Notes under the pieces: model-generated
The model's input: only the letters and a program-made list of their open reading frames with translations
Told to the model about the DNA's origin: nothing
The model's database searches: none
Shown: one piece after another, positions 22,717 through 32,912 of the stretch
How the letters are laid out: each line of letters starts with the position of its first letter
Numbering within the stretch: the first letter of the stretch is position 1
Position numbers and translations under genes: made by a program
Assembly (NCBI GenBank): GCA_050258655.1
Contig: JBLMZF010000082.1
Coordinates: 1-53,073, forward strand
Direction of reading: 5' to 3'
Source of the DNA: Deltaproteobacteria bacterium
GTDB taxonomy: Bacteria; Omnitrophota; Gorgyraeia; Gygaellales; Profunditerraquicolaceae
Length of the DNA stretch: 53,073 nucleotides

Positions 22717-23645
22717 AAAGGAAGTACGGCAGGATAGGCGTGCTGATGGGCGGTCCTTCTTCCGAAAGGGAGATATCGCTCAAGTCCGGCAGGGGAGTGC
22801 TCGAGGCGCTCAAAGGGCTGGGTCTGGACGCGGTCTCCGTGGATGTGACCACCGCCGACAGGCAGCAGAACCTGGCACTTCTGCGGTCGAGCGGAATACA
22901 GTGCGCTTTCATCGCCCTGCACGGGTGCTTCGGCGAGGACGGCCAGGTGCAGCGCCTGCTGGAGGAGTTGAGGATCCCGTACACCGGTTCATCTCCGGAC
23001 GCCCACCGTATCGCTCTCGATAAGTCTCTTGCCCGTGAAGCGTTCATCCTTGCCGGGATCCGGGTCCCCGATTGCGTGGTCGTCAGGAAAGGGGAAGCGC
23101 ATATCAAAGACAGGGCCATGGCTCTCGGCCTTCCCCTTGTCATAAAACCCGCGACGCAGGGGTCCAGTATCGGGCTTTCCATCATCGACAGCATCGGGGC
23201 CCTCGACCGCGCTCTTACAGAGGCTTTCACGTACGACGGGGTCGTACTCGTCGAGCAGTACATAAAGGGGAGGGAGCTCACTGTCGGTGTCCTGAAGGGA
23301 GCTCCGCTGCCCGTGATCGAGATCGTCCCGAAGAACAGGTACTTCGATTTTGAGGCGAAATACAGCCACGGGATGACCGAATACGTCATCCCCGCCCGCA
23401 TATCTGATGAGGCCGCGCGCAGGGCCCAGCTTGCGGCCCTGAACGCGCACAGGTGCCTGGGCTGCGCGGGGTGCTCGCGGACGGACATCATCATGGACGC
23501 CGAGGGAGGTCTTTTCGTCCTCGAGATCAACACCATCCCCGGCCTGACCGCCACAAGCCTCGTGCCGAAGGCCGCGCGTACGGCAGGGATCGAGTTCCCC
23601 GCGCTGTGCCTGGAACTGCTTGAGTCAGCGTATGAAAAAAAATAA
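22707..23645 (+). CDS. ddl: D-alanine--D-alanine ligase
   Basis: RIGVLMGGPSSEREISLKSG, ALHGCFGEDGQVQ, and an ATP-grasp C-terminus (LEINTIPGLT). I use the ATG at 22707. The ORF-track extension to 22380 runs through murB. Confidence 0.9.
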   Translation: MEIKRKYGRIGVLMGGPSSEREISLKSGRGVLEALKGLGLDAVSVDVTTADRQQNLALLRSSGIQCAFIALHGCFGEDGQVQRLLEELRIPYTGSSPDAHRIALDKSLAREAFILAGIRVPDCVVVRKGEAHIKDRAMALGLPLVIKPATQGSSIGLSIIDSIGALDRALTEAFTYDGVVLVEQYIKGRELTVGVLKGAPLPVIEIVPKNRYFDFEAKYSHGMTEYVIPARISDEAARRAQLAALNAHRCLGCAGCSRTDIIMDAEGGLFVLEINTIPGLTATSLVPKAARTAGIEFPALCLELLESAYEKK

Positions 23646-24441
23646 ACGCGGTGCGGGTCTTGCGTCGTTCATATCCGCCCACAGACCGCAGATCATCAAC
23701 GCGGCCAGCTTCATCGCGGCCGTGCTTGTCGTGTTCTGGGCGTGCGCGGCTCTGCAGGGGTCCCGGTTCTTCTCGGTAAAAAAGGTCATCATCCGGGAAA
23801 AGGACGATATCACCGAGAACGAGAGCGCGTTCGCCTATTTCAATGGCAGGAACATCTTCGCCGTCGACCTGGCCCGGGAATCCCAGCGTATAGCTCTTTC
23901 TTTCCCCAGCTACCGCAAGATCCGTCTGACCCGTTTTCTTCCCGACTGCATATTCGTCGATTTCCTGAGGAGGACCCCGGTCGCCTGCATCCGCGCGGCC
24001 AAGCCGCTCTGCGTGGACGATGCCGCGGTCCTCTTCGAGCTTGAGAAGCCCGCCGAGCCGCTTGGCCTGCCGGTCATCGCCGGCATCGAGCGCAAGCTCG
24101 GACAGTACAGGCCGGGCCGGATCTGCCTGCTCAAGGAACTTGCGGTATCGCTGGAGGTCATCCGGGCCGCCGGACAGGACAAGACCCTGTCGCGGTACCG
24201 CCTGGGGACCATCGATGTCAGCACTCCCGCCAGCATCGTCTGTTTCCTTTATCCGCGGGAAGCCGTGGCGGCGGGGGATGCCGCGCTCGAGGTCAGGCTT
24301 GGAGCCGAATCGGTGGCGGCCAAACTGCAGATACTGGCCACCGTGCTCACGCAGATGCGCGGCAACGCGGCGAACATCAAATATATTGATTTGCGCTTCA
24401 ACGAACCTGTGATAAAATTCAAAAACATGGAGAAAAAGTGA
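23632..24441 (+). CDS. ftsQ: cell division protein FtsQ (POTRA domain)
   Basis: N-terminal TM (AASFIAAVLVVFWACAAL) followed by a POTRA-like region (FFSVKKVII...). It lies between ddl and ftsA. The start is either ATG 23632 or TTG 23620. Confidence 0.75.
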   Translation: MKKNKRGAGLASFISAHRPQIINAASFIAAVLVVFWACAALQGSRFFSVKKVIIREKDDITENESAFAYFNGRNIFAVDLARESQRIALSFPSYRKIRLTRFLPDCIFVDFLRRTPVACIRAAKPLCVDDAAVLFELEKPAEPLGLPVIAGIERKLGQYRPGRICLLKELAVSLEVIRAAGQDKTLSRYRLGTIDVSTPASIVCFLYPREAVAAGDAALEVRLGAESVAAKLQILATVLTQMRGNAANIKYIDLRFNEPVIKFKNMEKK

Positions 24442-25697
24442 TGCTTCGCAAGTACATCTGTTCCCTGGACGTGGGCTCGAGCAAGATCGCGGCCTGCTGC
24501 GCCGAACTCAAAGGCAATAAGATCGCTGACATGACCTTTGAATCGGTCCCGTCCCGGGGTGTCAAGTTCGGCTCCATAGTCGATTCGATAGAGCTGGTCG
24601 ACGCGATCGGCAGGCTGATGAAACAGGTGAAGGCCAGGTCCGGCCTGCCGGTGAAATCGGTCGTAGCCGGGATCTCCGGCCAGGATATCCTCACCAAGCA
24701 CAGCAGGGCGGTGATCCCGCTGGCCGAGAGGGGGAGCAAGGTGATCACGACGGCCGATGTCGAAAAGGTCATCGCCCAGGCCAGGATCCTCGGATCGAGC
24801 ATAGACGAGGAGATAATCCACACCCTGCCGTTCGGGTTCACCGTGGACAGCAAGACCGATATCGCCAATCCGGTCGGTCTCTACGGCCACAAGCTCGAGG
24901 TCGACCTGTTCCTTGTCTGCGCGCGCCTTTCGGCGGTGCAGACGCTTGTCCACGCCATCGGGCAGGCCGGTTTCGAGGCTGAGGAGGTGTTCCTTTCGGG
25001 GCTGGCTTCGAATGAGGTCGTCTTCGGCAACGCCCTGCGCAAGGGGACCGATGTCCTGTGCGACATGGGAAGCGATTTCACCGAGCTTCTGTTCTTTTCG
25101 GACGGGCAGCTGCGCAACATACTGACCCTGCCCTCGGGAGGGGCGGACCTTACTTCAGTGGTAGCGGATTCGCTCGATATCCCCTGCGAGCTCGCGGAGG
25201 AGATAAAGTGTTCCCAGGGCATCGTGGGCGATTTCGAACGGGTCAAGGAGGACCAGGAGGTCCTGGTCAAGAAAGAGGCGGGGTACAAGCCGATACGGCG
25301 GAGGCTGCTCTGCGAGATCCTCACCTCGAAGGCAAAATCCATGGCGCAGACGCTCAAGGAGAGTGCGGGCAAGATAAGCGAGCTGCCCGAGATCAACAAC
25401 TTCATCATCCTGGGCAGGACCATACAGCAGGAAGGGTTCCTTGAGCTGCTCGAGCAGGAGCTCGGTATCAGCGTGGAATACGGGCGGATCCAGGACCCCA
25501 AGATCACCATCCCCGCGGGAAAGGCCAAGGAGATCCAGGTGGGGCGCAAGCATCTCACCTATATAACCGCCCTCGGTCTTGTCTTCTTATCACTTTATTC
25601 GAGACAGCGTAAAGCGTCGTCGCCTCTTTCACTGCACCCGAATCCCTTCCTCAGGCTTATCGGCAAGGCCAAAGAGATCTATCAGGAATATTTCTAA
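24438..25697 (+). CDS. ftsA: cell division protein FtsA
   Basis: Actin-fold protein (LDVGSSKIAA, GGGADLT-like region) with a C-terminal amphipathic tail FLRLIGKAKEIYQEYF. Last gene of the dcw cluster here. Confidence 0.9.
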   Translation: MMLRKYICSLDVGSSKIAACCAELKGNKIADMTFESVPSRGVKFGSIVDSIELVDAIGRLMKQVKARSGLPVKSVVAGISGQDILTKHSRAVIPLAERGSKVITTADVEKVIAQARILGSSIDEEIIHTLPFGFTVDSKTDIANPVGLYGHKLEVDLFLVCARLSAVQTLVHAIGQAGFEAEEVFLSGLASNEVVFGNALRKGTDVLCDMGSDFTELLFFSDGQLRNILTLPSGGADLTSVVADSLDIPCELAEEIKCSQGIVGDFERVKEDQEVLVKKEAGYKPIRRRLLCEILTSKAKSMAQTLKESAGKISELPEINNFIILGRTIQQEGFLELLEQELGISVEYGRIQDPKITIPAGKAKEIQVGRKHLTYITALGLVFLSLYSRQRKASSPLSLHPNPFLRLIGKAKEIYQEYF

Positions 25698-25733
25698 AAC
25701 GGCGCGCACTATAAGCCGTTCCCGCACTTCCGC

Positions 25734-25762
25734 TTGACCTGCGATTGGCACGTAGGTATAAT
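25734..25762 (+). promoter_or_regulatory. sigma70-type promoter upstream of yggS
   Basis: TTGACC (25734-25739), 17-nt spacer, TATAAT (25757-25762). It sits 29 nt before the yggS ATG. Confidence 0.55.
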
Positions 25763-25790
25763 AATAAGATTATTTTACGGCGATAACGCT

Positions 25791-26468
25791 ATGATCGTTG
25801 ATAATATTTCCAGTATACGCCGGCGTATCGCCTGCGCCTGCGGTCGGAGCGGCCGTGACCCTTCGGCGGTTACCCTCGTCTGCGTCAGTAAGTACAGGAC
25901 GCCGGAGGAGATCGCGGAGGCGGTCCGGGCCGGTGCCGCTGATATCGGCGAGAACCGGGTGCAGGAAGCCAGGATGAAATTCCCCGGGCTGGCTGCGGCA
26001 TCCCGTCCCCGTTTCCATCTTGTGGGCCACCTGCAGACCAACAAGGCGGCCGAGGCAGTCAAGATCTTCGACCTGATCCATTCCGTCGACAGCGTGCGCC
26101 TCGCCAGAGAGATCGGGATCCAGGCGCAGCGGTCCGGCAAGGTCCAGGATATCCTCGCCCAGGTCAACGTCTCGGGGGAGAAGAGCAAGTACGGCTTGAC
26201 CCCCGAAGGTCTTCGCGATTGTCTGATGGACATCGACGGGACCCCGGGCGTGAGGCTGTGCGGTCTGATGACCATCGCCCCCCTGACCGCGGACCAGGAA
26301 GAAGCCAGGCCCTGTTTCAAAGGGCTTGCGGAACTGCTGGGCGAGGTCAACAGGACGCACGGGAAGGACCTCAGGGTCCTTTCGATGGGGATGACGAACG
26401 ATTTCGAGGTGGCGGTCGAGGAGGGTGCCACCATTGTGCGGCTGGGCCGCGCGGTTTTTGAAGGATAA
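25791..26468 (+). CDS. yggS: YggS/YlmE family pyridoxal-phosphate homeostasis protein
   Basis: VTLVCVSKY (PLP lysine), IGENRVQE, HLVGHLQTNK, SMGMTNDFEVAVEEGATIVRLG. The ATG at 25791 is preferred over the ORF-track start 25734, which overlaps the promoter. Confidence 0.9.
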   Translation: MIVDNISSIRRRIACACGRSGRDPSAVTLVCVSKYRTPEEIAEAVRAGAADIGENRVQEARMKFPGLAAASRPRFHLVGHLQTNKAAEAVKIFDLIHSVDSVRLAREIGIQAQRSGKVQDILAQVNVSGEKSKYGLTPEGLRDCLMDIDGTPGVRLCGLMTIAPLTADQEEARPCFKGLAELLGEVNRTHGKDLRVLSMGMTNDFEVAVEEGATIVRLGRAVFEG

Positions 26469-26480
26469 CAGAGAGGACAG

Positions 26481-27305
26481 ATGAAAAAAAAGATCGGGCT
26501 CATCGGTTTCGGCAACATGGGGAGCGCCATCTTTGAAAGGGCACGAGATGATTTTGATCTACTTGTTTATGAAAAGGATCCTTCCAAGACTGAAAAACTC
26601 GAGGCATCGGTCGTGGAGAAAGACCTTGCGGCACTCGTTCGCGGAGTGGAGGCCTTTATCCTGGCGGTGAAGCCCCAGGATTTCACGGCCGTGCTGGCGC
26701 AGATAGGCGGCGCCGGGAAGGCGACGGTCATTTCGATAGCGGCAGGCATACCTACGGCGGCCATCGAGAAGGCGCTGCCGGGATCGAGGGTGGTGCGGGT
26801 CATGCCGAACCTCCCGGCGAAGGTCGGCAAGGGGATGAGCTGCATCGCCAGGGGGAAAAAGGCCGCGCAGCCGGACGTGACCCTCACCGAACAGATCTTC
26901 CGTAAGGTAGGCCAGGTCCTGGTCATAGACGAGAAGATGATGGACGCCGCGACCGCGATCTCCGGCAGCGGACCCGGGTTCTTTTTCGACCGGGTCATCG
27001 GACAGAGCGGGTATGAGGCGCAGAATTACGGCGAGCATATATTCAAGGAAGAGCTGAGGGAAGCGGCGGTCGCGGTGGGCTTCGATCCCAAACAGGCTCT
27101 CCTGCTGGCCAAGGCGACGACAGACGGCGCGGTGGAGCTGATGAAGTCCAGCGGCCTTCCGGCCGAGACATTGCGGGACCGTGTGACCTCAAAGGGCGGG
27201 ACCACCGAGGCGGGATTGAAGGCGCTTCATCAGACGGATTCGCTTGCGGATGCGGCCAGGGCGGCCGTCGCGCGGGCAAAAGAACTTGCGGCAGCCAACA
27301 CGTAG
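26481..27305 (+). CDS. proC: pyrroline-5-carboxylate reductase
   Basis: IGFGNMGSAI Rossmann motif, VRVMPN, and the C-terminal TSKGGTTEAGL signature. Confidence 0.9.
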   Translation: MKKKIGLIGFGNMGSAIFERARDDFDLLVYEKDPSKTEKLEASVVEKDLAALVRGVEAFILAVKPQDFTAVLAQIGGAGKATVISIAAGIPTAAIEKALPGSRVVRVMPNLPAKVGKGMSCIARGKKAAQPDVTLTEQIFRKVGQVLVIDEKMMDAATAISGSGPGFFFDRVIGQSGYEAQNYGEHIFKEELREAAVAVGFDPKQALLLAKATTDGAVELMKSSGLPAETLRDRVTSKGGTTEAGLKALHQTDSLADAARAAVARAKELAAANT

Positions 27306-27319
27306 GGCGGGAGCGAAGC

Positions 27320-28180
27320 ATGGGAAGGATCGGCGTCATCGGCGGCAGCGGCGTATATGACATCCAGGGCATCAGCGGCCTCAAGGCAGTCTCGATTTCG
27401 ACCCCTTTCGGGAAACCTTCGGACAAGATCGTGACCGGCAGGCTCGAAGGCAGGGATATCGCCTTCCTCCCGCGCCACGGCAAGGGCCACCGCATCTCCC
27501 CGAGCGCGATCAATTACCGGGCGAACATCTTCGCGATGAAGAAGCTCGGCGTGGACCGCATCATATCGGTCACCGCCTGCGGCAGTCTCAGAGAGGATCT
27601 GAAGCCCCTGGATTTCGTTGTGCCCGACCAGTTCGTGGACAGGACGAACCATGCGCGGCAGATGAGCTTTTTCGATGACGGGATAGTCGCCCACGTCAGT
27701 TTCGCTGATCCGGTCTGCCCGGGTCTCGCGGATGTGCTGGTCCGCTGCGGCCGTTCGCTCGGGTTCACGGTCCACGCCCCCGCGACCTATCTGAACATGG
27801 AAGGGCCGGCGTTCTCCACGAGGGCCGAATCGAACCTGTACCGCACATGGGGCATGGACGTAATCGGCATGACCAATATGTCCGAGGCCAGGCTCTGCCG
27901 CGAAGCGGAGATCTGCTACGCGACCCTGGCCGCGGTCACCGATTACGACTGCTGGTACGTCAGCAAGGAGCAGGTGACCGTCGAGATGGTCATCCGGAAC
28001 CTCTGCAAGAACGTCGACAACGCCAAGAAGATACTGAAGCTGGCGGTCAAGCAGATGCCCGAAAAGATCTACTGTCCCTGCGAGAGCGCGCTCAAGGACG
28101 CGATCATCACTGACCGTAAAAAGATACCGGCGAAGGTCAAGAAGGACCTTGCGCCCATAATCGGAAAATACATAAAATAA
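27320..28180 (+). CDS. mtnP: S-methyl-5'-thioadenosine phosphorylase
   Basis: IGVIGGSG, FLPRHGKGH, INYRANI, ACGSL, GMTNMSEARLCREAEICYA. Confidence 0.85.
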   Translation: MGRIGVIGGSGVYDIQGISGLKAVSISTPFGKPSDKIVTGRLEGRDIAFLPRHGKGHRISPSAINYRANIFAMKKLGVDRIISVTACGSLREDLKPLDFVVPDQFVDRTNHARQMSFFDDGIVAHVSFADPVCPGLADVLVRCGRSLGFTVHAPATYLNMEGPAFSTRAESNLYRTWGMDVIGMTNMSEARLCREAEICYATLAAVTDYDCWYVSKEQVTVEMVIRNLCKNVDNAKKILKLAVKQMPEKIYCPCESALKDAIITDRKKIPAKVKKDLAPIIGKYIK

Positions 28181-28189
28181 GGTAATGCT

Positions 28190-30982
28190 ATGGAATACAA
28201 AGACACCCTGAATCTCCCCAAAACGGATTTCCCGATGAAGGCCGACCTGCCGAAGCGCGAGCCGGAGATGCTCAAGAAGTGGGAGGCCGAGGACATCTAC
28301 GCGCAGATCCGCAGGAAGTCGGCGGGCAAGCCCAAGTACGTTCTCCACGACGGCCCGCCTTACGCCAACGGAAACATCCACATCGGCCACGCCTTTAACA
28401 AGACGCTCAAGGACATCATCGTCAAGTTCAAGACCATGCGCGGTTTCGACAGCCCGTATGTCCCCGGCTGGGACTGCCATGGTCTGCCTGTCGAGCATGC
28501 GCTGTTCAAGGAGCTTAAGATCCACAAGTCGCAGATCGGGCAGGTCGAGTTCCGCAGGAAGGCGCACGATTACGCGCTGAAATTCGTCGAGCTGCAGAAG
28601 ACGGAGTTCAAGCGGCTGGGCATTTTCGGCGACTGGGCCCATCCGTACCTTACACTCAACCCGGAGTACGAGGTCGGCATCATCCGCTCGTTCGGCTCTC
28701 TGGTCGAGGACGGCTACATCTACCGCGGCCTGAAACCGGTCAACTGGTGTTATCGCTGCGAGACGGCGCTCGCCGAGGCGGAGGTCGAATACGAGGAGCA
28801 TACCTCGCCGTCCATCTATGTGAAATTCAAGCTCGAGGGTGCGAAGGATTTCCTCGCCGACAGCTACCTGGTGATCTGGACGACTACGCCCTGGACACTG
28901 ATCGCCAACGTCGCCGCCGCTGTCCATCCGGATTTCGTCTATTCGTACATCAAGACCTCCAAGGGCAACCTGATCATCGCCAACGTGCGCATGCAGGTCC
29001 TGCCGCTCTTTGGCATCGACACGTACGAGGTGATCAAAGAGTTCAAGGGCAGGGAGCTGGAGGGACTGGTCTACGACCATCCGTTCGGCCTGCGCAAGGG
29101 CAAGGTCGTGCTCGCGAATTACGTTTCCGGCGAGGAAGGGACCGGGCTCGTCCATACGGCCCCCGGCCACGGCAACGAGGATTATCTGACCGGGATGAAG
29201 TACGGCCTTGAGATCATCATGCCAGTTGAAGCGAACGGAAGGTTCGACAAGACGGCCGGGGAATTCACAGGGATGAACGTGCACGAGGCCAATGACGCCA
29301 TCCTGCTCAAGCTGCAGAACCTGGGCAGCCTTCTCTATTCCGACAAGATCCGTCATTCGTACCCGCACTGCTGGCGCTGCAAGAACCCGATCATCTTCAG
29401 GGCGACCAATCAGTGGTTCCTGAAGATCGACCGCAAGGCAGCGCAGGGCGCCTTCAGAGAGCAGCTGCTCAAAGCCATCCGTCAGGATGTAAAGTGGGTG
29501 CCTGAGGCCGGCAAGGAGCGCATCGCGGCGATGGTCGGGACCCGTCCGGACTGGTGCCTTTCACGGCAGAGGTACTGGGGCGTGCCGATACCTTCACTGA
29601 TCTGCAAAAAATGCGGGGAGGAGCGGCTGTTCCCCGAGGTTATAACACGTTTCGCGGAGTTCACCGCGGAGGAGGGGACTGACTGCTGGTTCATCCGCGA
29701 TGTCAGGGATTTCACCGGAGGGACCCTTGCCTGCGCCTGCGGCTCGAAGGATTTCACCAAGGGCCAGGATATCCTCGACGTCTGGTTTGATTCGGGTGCC
29801 AGCAACCAGGCGGTGCTCAAGCCCCGCAAGGACCTTTCTTTCCCGGCGCAGCTTTACCTGGAGGGCTCCGATCAGCACCGCGGATGGTTCCAGGCGTCGT
29901 TGATCGTCTCGATGGGCGTCGACGATGTCCCGCCGTTCGAGACGGTGCTCACCCATGGGTTCGTGGTCGATGAACAGGGGAAGAAGATGTCCAAGTCCGC
30001 GTTCAACGGCCTGGCGCCGTCGATCATAGTCGATAAGAGCTTCGGGGCGGACATCCTCAGGCTCTGGGCGGCGTCCAGTGATTACAACGAGGACGTCAGG
30101 TGCTCGCAGCATATCTTCACGCGGTTGTCGGAAGGATACCGGAAGATCCGCAACACCGTGCGGTTCATGCTCAGTAATCTCTACGATTTCCAGCCGGATG
30201 ATGTTAAAATAGAATATAAGGATCTCAAGCGTATCGACCGCTGGATACTCTGGCGGCTTGAAGGGCTCAAGGAAGTGATGACCCGCCGCTATGAGGACTT
30301 CGAGTTCAACATGGCGTTCCAGGAGCTCTACAGCTTCTGCAACGAGGACCTCTCGATGTATTATCTCGACATGGTAAAAGGGAGGCTGTATACGGCGGGC
30401 GCAGGGTCCGTCGAGCGCAGGGCTGCCCAGACCGCGATGTACGCTGTCCTGGACTCCCTGGTCAGGATGGCCGCGCCGATCCTCGCGTTCACCTCAGATG
30501 AGATGCGGCAGTTCATGCCGAAACGAAGGGATGAAAAGACGCTGAGCGTGCACCTGCTCGACTGGCCGGCGGCGAACGCGCAGTGGAAGCAGCCGGCGGT
30601 AGAGGAAGAGATGAAGCCGGTGATCGATATGATGCCGGGGATCACCAAGGCCCTTGAGGAGAAAAGGGCTGCGGGCATGATCGGCAGTTCTTTCGACGCC
30701 AAAATTATTCTATTGACAAACGAGGCAAAACGGGTTAAATATTTAACGAGCTTGGGGGCCGATCTTACCGAAATCTTCAAGGTTTCCCAGGTGGAGGTCA
30801 CTCAGACGCAGTCGCTTGATCAGGGCACGGCGGTCAGCGCTGAGTATCCCGATGTACGCGTCATCGTCGAGAAAGCCGAAGGAGCGAAGTGCGAGCGGTG
30901 CTGGAACTTCTCGCAGAGCGTTGGTAAGGATACCGCTCATCCGGCTCTCTGCGCGCGCTGCATCGAGGTGGTGAAAACCTGA
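28190..30982 (+). CDS. ileS: isoleucine--tRNA ligase (type 1, C-terminal Zn finger)
   Basis: 930 aa. HIGH (NIHIGHAFNK), KMSKS, and a C-terminal CERCWN...CARC. Confidence 0.95.
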   Translation: MEYKDTLNLPKTDFPMKADLPKREPEMLKKWEAEDIYAQIRRKSAGKPKYVLHDGPPYANGNIHIGHAFNKTLKDIIVKFKTMRGFDSPYVPGWDCHGLPVEHALFKELKIHKSQIGQVEFRRKAHDYALKFVELQKTEFKRLGIFGDWAHPYLTLNPEYEVGIIRSFGSLVEDGYIYRGLKPVNWCYRCETALAEAEVEYEEHTSPSIYVKFKLEGAKDFLADSYLVIWTTTPWTLIANVAAAVHPDFVYSYIKTSKGNLIIANVRMQVLPLFGIDTYEVIKEFKGRELEGLVYDHPFGLRKGKVVLANYVSGEEGTGLVHTAPGHGNEDYLTGMKYGLEIIMPVEANGRFDKTAGEFTGMNVHEANDAILLKLQNLGSLLYSDKIRHSYPHCWRCKNPIIFRATNQWFLKIDRKAAQGAFREQLLKAIRQDVKWVPEAGKERIAAMVGTRPDWCLSRQRYWGVPIPSLICKKCGEERLFPEVITRFAEFTAEEGTDCWFIRDVRDFTGGTLACACGSKDFTKGQDILDVWFDSGASNQAVLKPRKDLSFPAQLYLEGSDQHRGWFQASLIVSMGVDDVPPFETVLTHGFVVDEQGKKMSKSAFNGLAPSIIVDKSFGADILRLWAASSDYNEDVRCSQHIFTRLSEGYRKIRNTVRFMLSNLYDFQPDDVKIEYKDLKRIDRWILWRLEGLKEVMTRRYEDFEFNMAFQELYSFCNEDLSMYYLDMVKGRLYTAGAGSVERRAAQTAMYAVLDSLVRMAAPILAFTSDEMRQFMPKRRDEKTLSVHLLDWPAANAQWKQPAVEEEMKPVIDMMPGITKALEEKRAAGMIGSSFDAKIILLTNEAKRVKYLTSLGADLTEIFKVSQVEVTQTQSLDQGTAVSAEYPDVRVIVEKAEGAKCERCWNFSQSVGKDTAHPALCARCIEVVKT

Positions 30983-31000
30983 AAGAACAAGGAGACGGCT

Positions 31001-31465
31001 TTGGCAAAAAAACAGAACCGCCCCACGAAGACCCCCGCGAACAAGAAAGACAAACCGAAGGTCGAGGTCATCCCGGAGATGAAGGTGACCAATAAGTTCA
31101 CCAGGAAGGAGTCCGACGATTTCAGGAAGCTGATCCTCGGACGCAGGAACGAGATCCTCGAGGACCTCGGTGACCGGGACCAGACCCTGAAGCAGAGCCA
31201 GAAAGAGGCTTCGGGCGATATCTCCGGCTATACCTATCACATGGCTGACGTCGCCACCGACAATTACGACCGCGAGTTCTCGCTTGGCATCGCCTCCAAT
31301 GAGCGCCAGATGCTCTACGAGTTGGACGACGCGCTCAAGCGCATCGATGACAATACGTACGGCCTCTGCGAGGATTGCAAGGCGCAGATAAGCAAGACGC
31401 GCCTCAAAGCCATCCCGTACACCCGCCGCTGTCTTTCGTGCCAGGAAAAACGGGACGGAAAATGA
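31001..31465 (+). CDS. DksA/TraR family C4 zinc-finger protein
   Basis: CEDC...(17 aa)...CLSC finger preceded by a coiled-coil region. Basic N-terminal extension. TTG start. Confidence 0.75.
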   Translation: MAKKQNRPTKTPANKKDKPKVEVIPEMKVTNKFTRKESDDFRKLILGRRNEILEDLGDRDQTLKQSQKEASGDISGYTYHMADVATDNYDREFSLGIASNERQMLYELDDALKRIDDNTYGLCEDCKAQISKTRLKAIPYTRRCLSCQEKRDGK

Positions 31466-31941
31466 GGCGTTTCGGGGCCGCAGGCATGTCCCTGCTCATC
31501 GGGGCTGTGCTTGTCCTTGACCGCATAACCAAGATCGCAGCTGAACACGCCCTTGCTGTCGGGCAGTCCGTGCCCGTCATCAAGGGCGTGTTCCATTTCA
31601 CCCTCGTCCACAATACCGGCGCCGCGTTTGGCCTGTTCAAGAACTGGGTCCTGCTGCTGGCGCTGGTTTCCGCCTGCGTGCTCGTTCTGCTCTGGCTGAC
31701 CCTGGTCAGGGCGGGCAAGAACCCGCACCTGGCGTCGTACCGCATCCCGCTGAGCCTGGTCTTCGGGGGAGCGCTGGGCAACCTCATCGACAGGCTGTTC
31801 CTCGGGTACGTCATCGATTTCCTCGATCTGAGGGTCTGGCCCGTGTTCAACATCGCCGACAGCGCCATCACCATCGGGGCAGTGCTGCTGGCCATCCTTC
31901 TCATCAGAGAACCGGCCGGGCACAGGACCGCGGTGCAGTGA
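31462..31941 (+). CDS. lspA: lipoprotein signal peptidase II
   Basis: ATGA overlap with the dksA-like gene. Motifs NTGAAFG, GNLIDR, FNIADS. The ORF-track 5' extension to 31375 is not used. Confidence 0.9.
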   Translation: MRRFGAAGMSLLIGAVLVLDRITKIAAEHALAVGQSVPVIKGVFHFTLVHNTGAAFGLFKNWVLLLALVSACVLVLLWLTLVRAGKNPHLASYRIPLSLVFGGALGNLIDRLFLGYVIDFLDLRVWPVFNIADSAITIGAVLLAILLIREPAGHRTAVQ

Positions 31942-32909
31942 GCGCCCACCCTATGTCACGATCGTTCTGCACGACCGTCCCGCCTGAAGCTCAGGGCAAA
32001 CGCCTTGACGTGTTCCTGATGGATTTCGTCAGGGATAACAACCTCGGCATCTCGCGCACGTATCTTAAAGAGCTCATCGACGGCGGCAGGGTCAGGGTGG
32101 CCGGGACCGATTCCGTATCGGCCCATTATAAGGTGAGGGAGGGGCAGGAGGTCGAGCTGGACCTGGTCGAGAAACAGCAGGCCCCCCTCGAACCCGAGGA
32201 TATCCCGCTCAAGGTGGTCTGCGAGGACGACGATATAGCCGTCATTGACAAGCCCGCGGGGCTGGTGACTCATCCGGCCCCCGGCAACCGCTGCCACACG
32301 CTGGTCAACGCGCTGCTTTTCCGCGTCAAGAAGCTTTCCACCGTCAATCCCGACCGCCCCGGTATCGTCCACAGGCTTGATAAGGAGACGTCGGGGATAA
32401 TGGTCGTGGCCAGGACGAACGAGGCGCACTTTGACCTGGCCAGGCAGTTCGAGGACCATACCATTACCCGCCGTTACGTGGCGCTGGTCAAAGGCCGCGT
32501 GGAGTTCAATGAGGATGTGATCGAGGCCCCGATCGACCGGGACGCCGAGCACAGGGAGAACATGAAAGTGGATTTCTCCCCTGAAGCGCGGTATGCCAAG
32601 ACGCGCTACAAGGTGCTCGAACGGGGAGATGATTTCTCGTACCTGGAGCTTGAGCCGTACACCGGCAGGACTCATCAGCTGAGGGTGCACCTGGCGTATA
32701 TCGGTCATCCCGTCCTCGGGGACAGCAAGTACGGCCGCCATAACCCGTTCCCGCGCATGGCCCTTCATGCGAAGACACTCGGTTTCATCCATCCGGAGAC
32801 GAAGAAGTACATGGAGTTCACCAGCGAGCCTCCGAAGGAATTCACTGACTTCGTCAAGAAGCACCGCACCAAAGCAAAAGCGCCTGCCCGTCGTCAAGCC
32901 TCGAAATAA
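31938..32909 (+). CDS. rluD: 23S rRNA pseudouridine synthase, RluA family (RluD-like)
   Basis: N-terminal S4 domain (RLDVFL...) and catalytic HRLDKETSGIMVVA. The start is GTG 31938 or ATG 31953. Confidence 0.85.
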   Translation: MSAHPMSRSFCTTVPPEAQGKRLDVFLMDFVRDNNLGISRTYLKELIDGGRVRVAGTDSVSAHYKVREGQEVELDLVEKQQAPLEPEDIPLKVVCEDDDIAVIDKPAGLVTHPAPGNRCHTLVNALLFRVKKLSTVNPDRPGIVHRLDKETSGIMVVARTNEAHFDLARQFEDHTITRRYVALVKGRVEFNEDVIEAPIDRDAEHRENMKVDFSPEARYAKTRYKVLERGDDFSYLELEPYTGRTHQLRVHLAYIGHPVLGDSKYGRHNPFPRMALHAKTLGFIHPETKKYMEFTSEPPKEFTDFVKKHRTKAKAPARRQASK

Positions 32910-32912
32910 AAC

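Noticed and set aside
27230-29368. 712-aa minus-strand ORF antisense to ileS. Similar long antisense ORFs occur at 15166-16839, 18647-20116, 42709-44316, 45789-47156, 47168-48658 and 35179-36279.
   Set aside because: These are typical stop-codon-poor antisense frames of a ~60% GC genome. Their translations are Arg/Gly/Asp/Leu-rich with no recognisable motifs. Each lies opposite a + strand gene with unambiguous family signatures.
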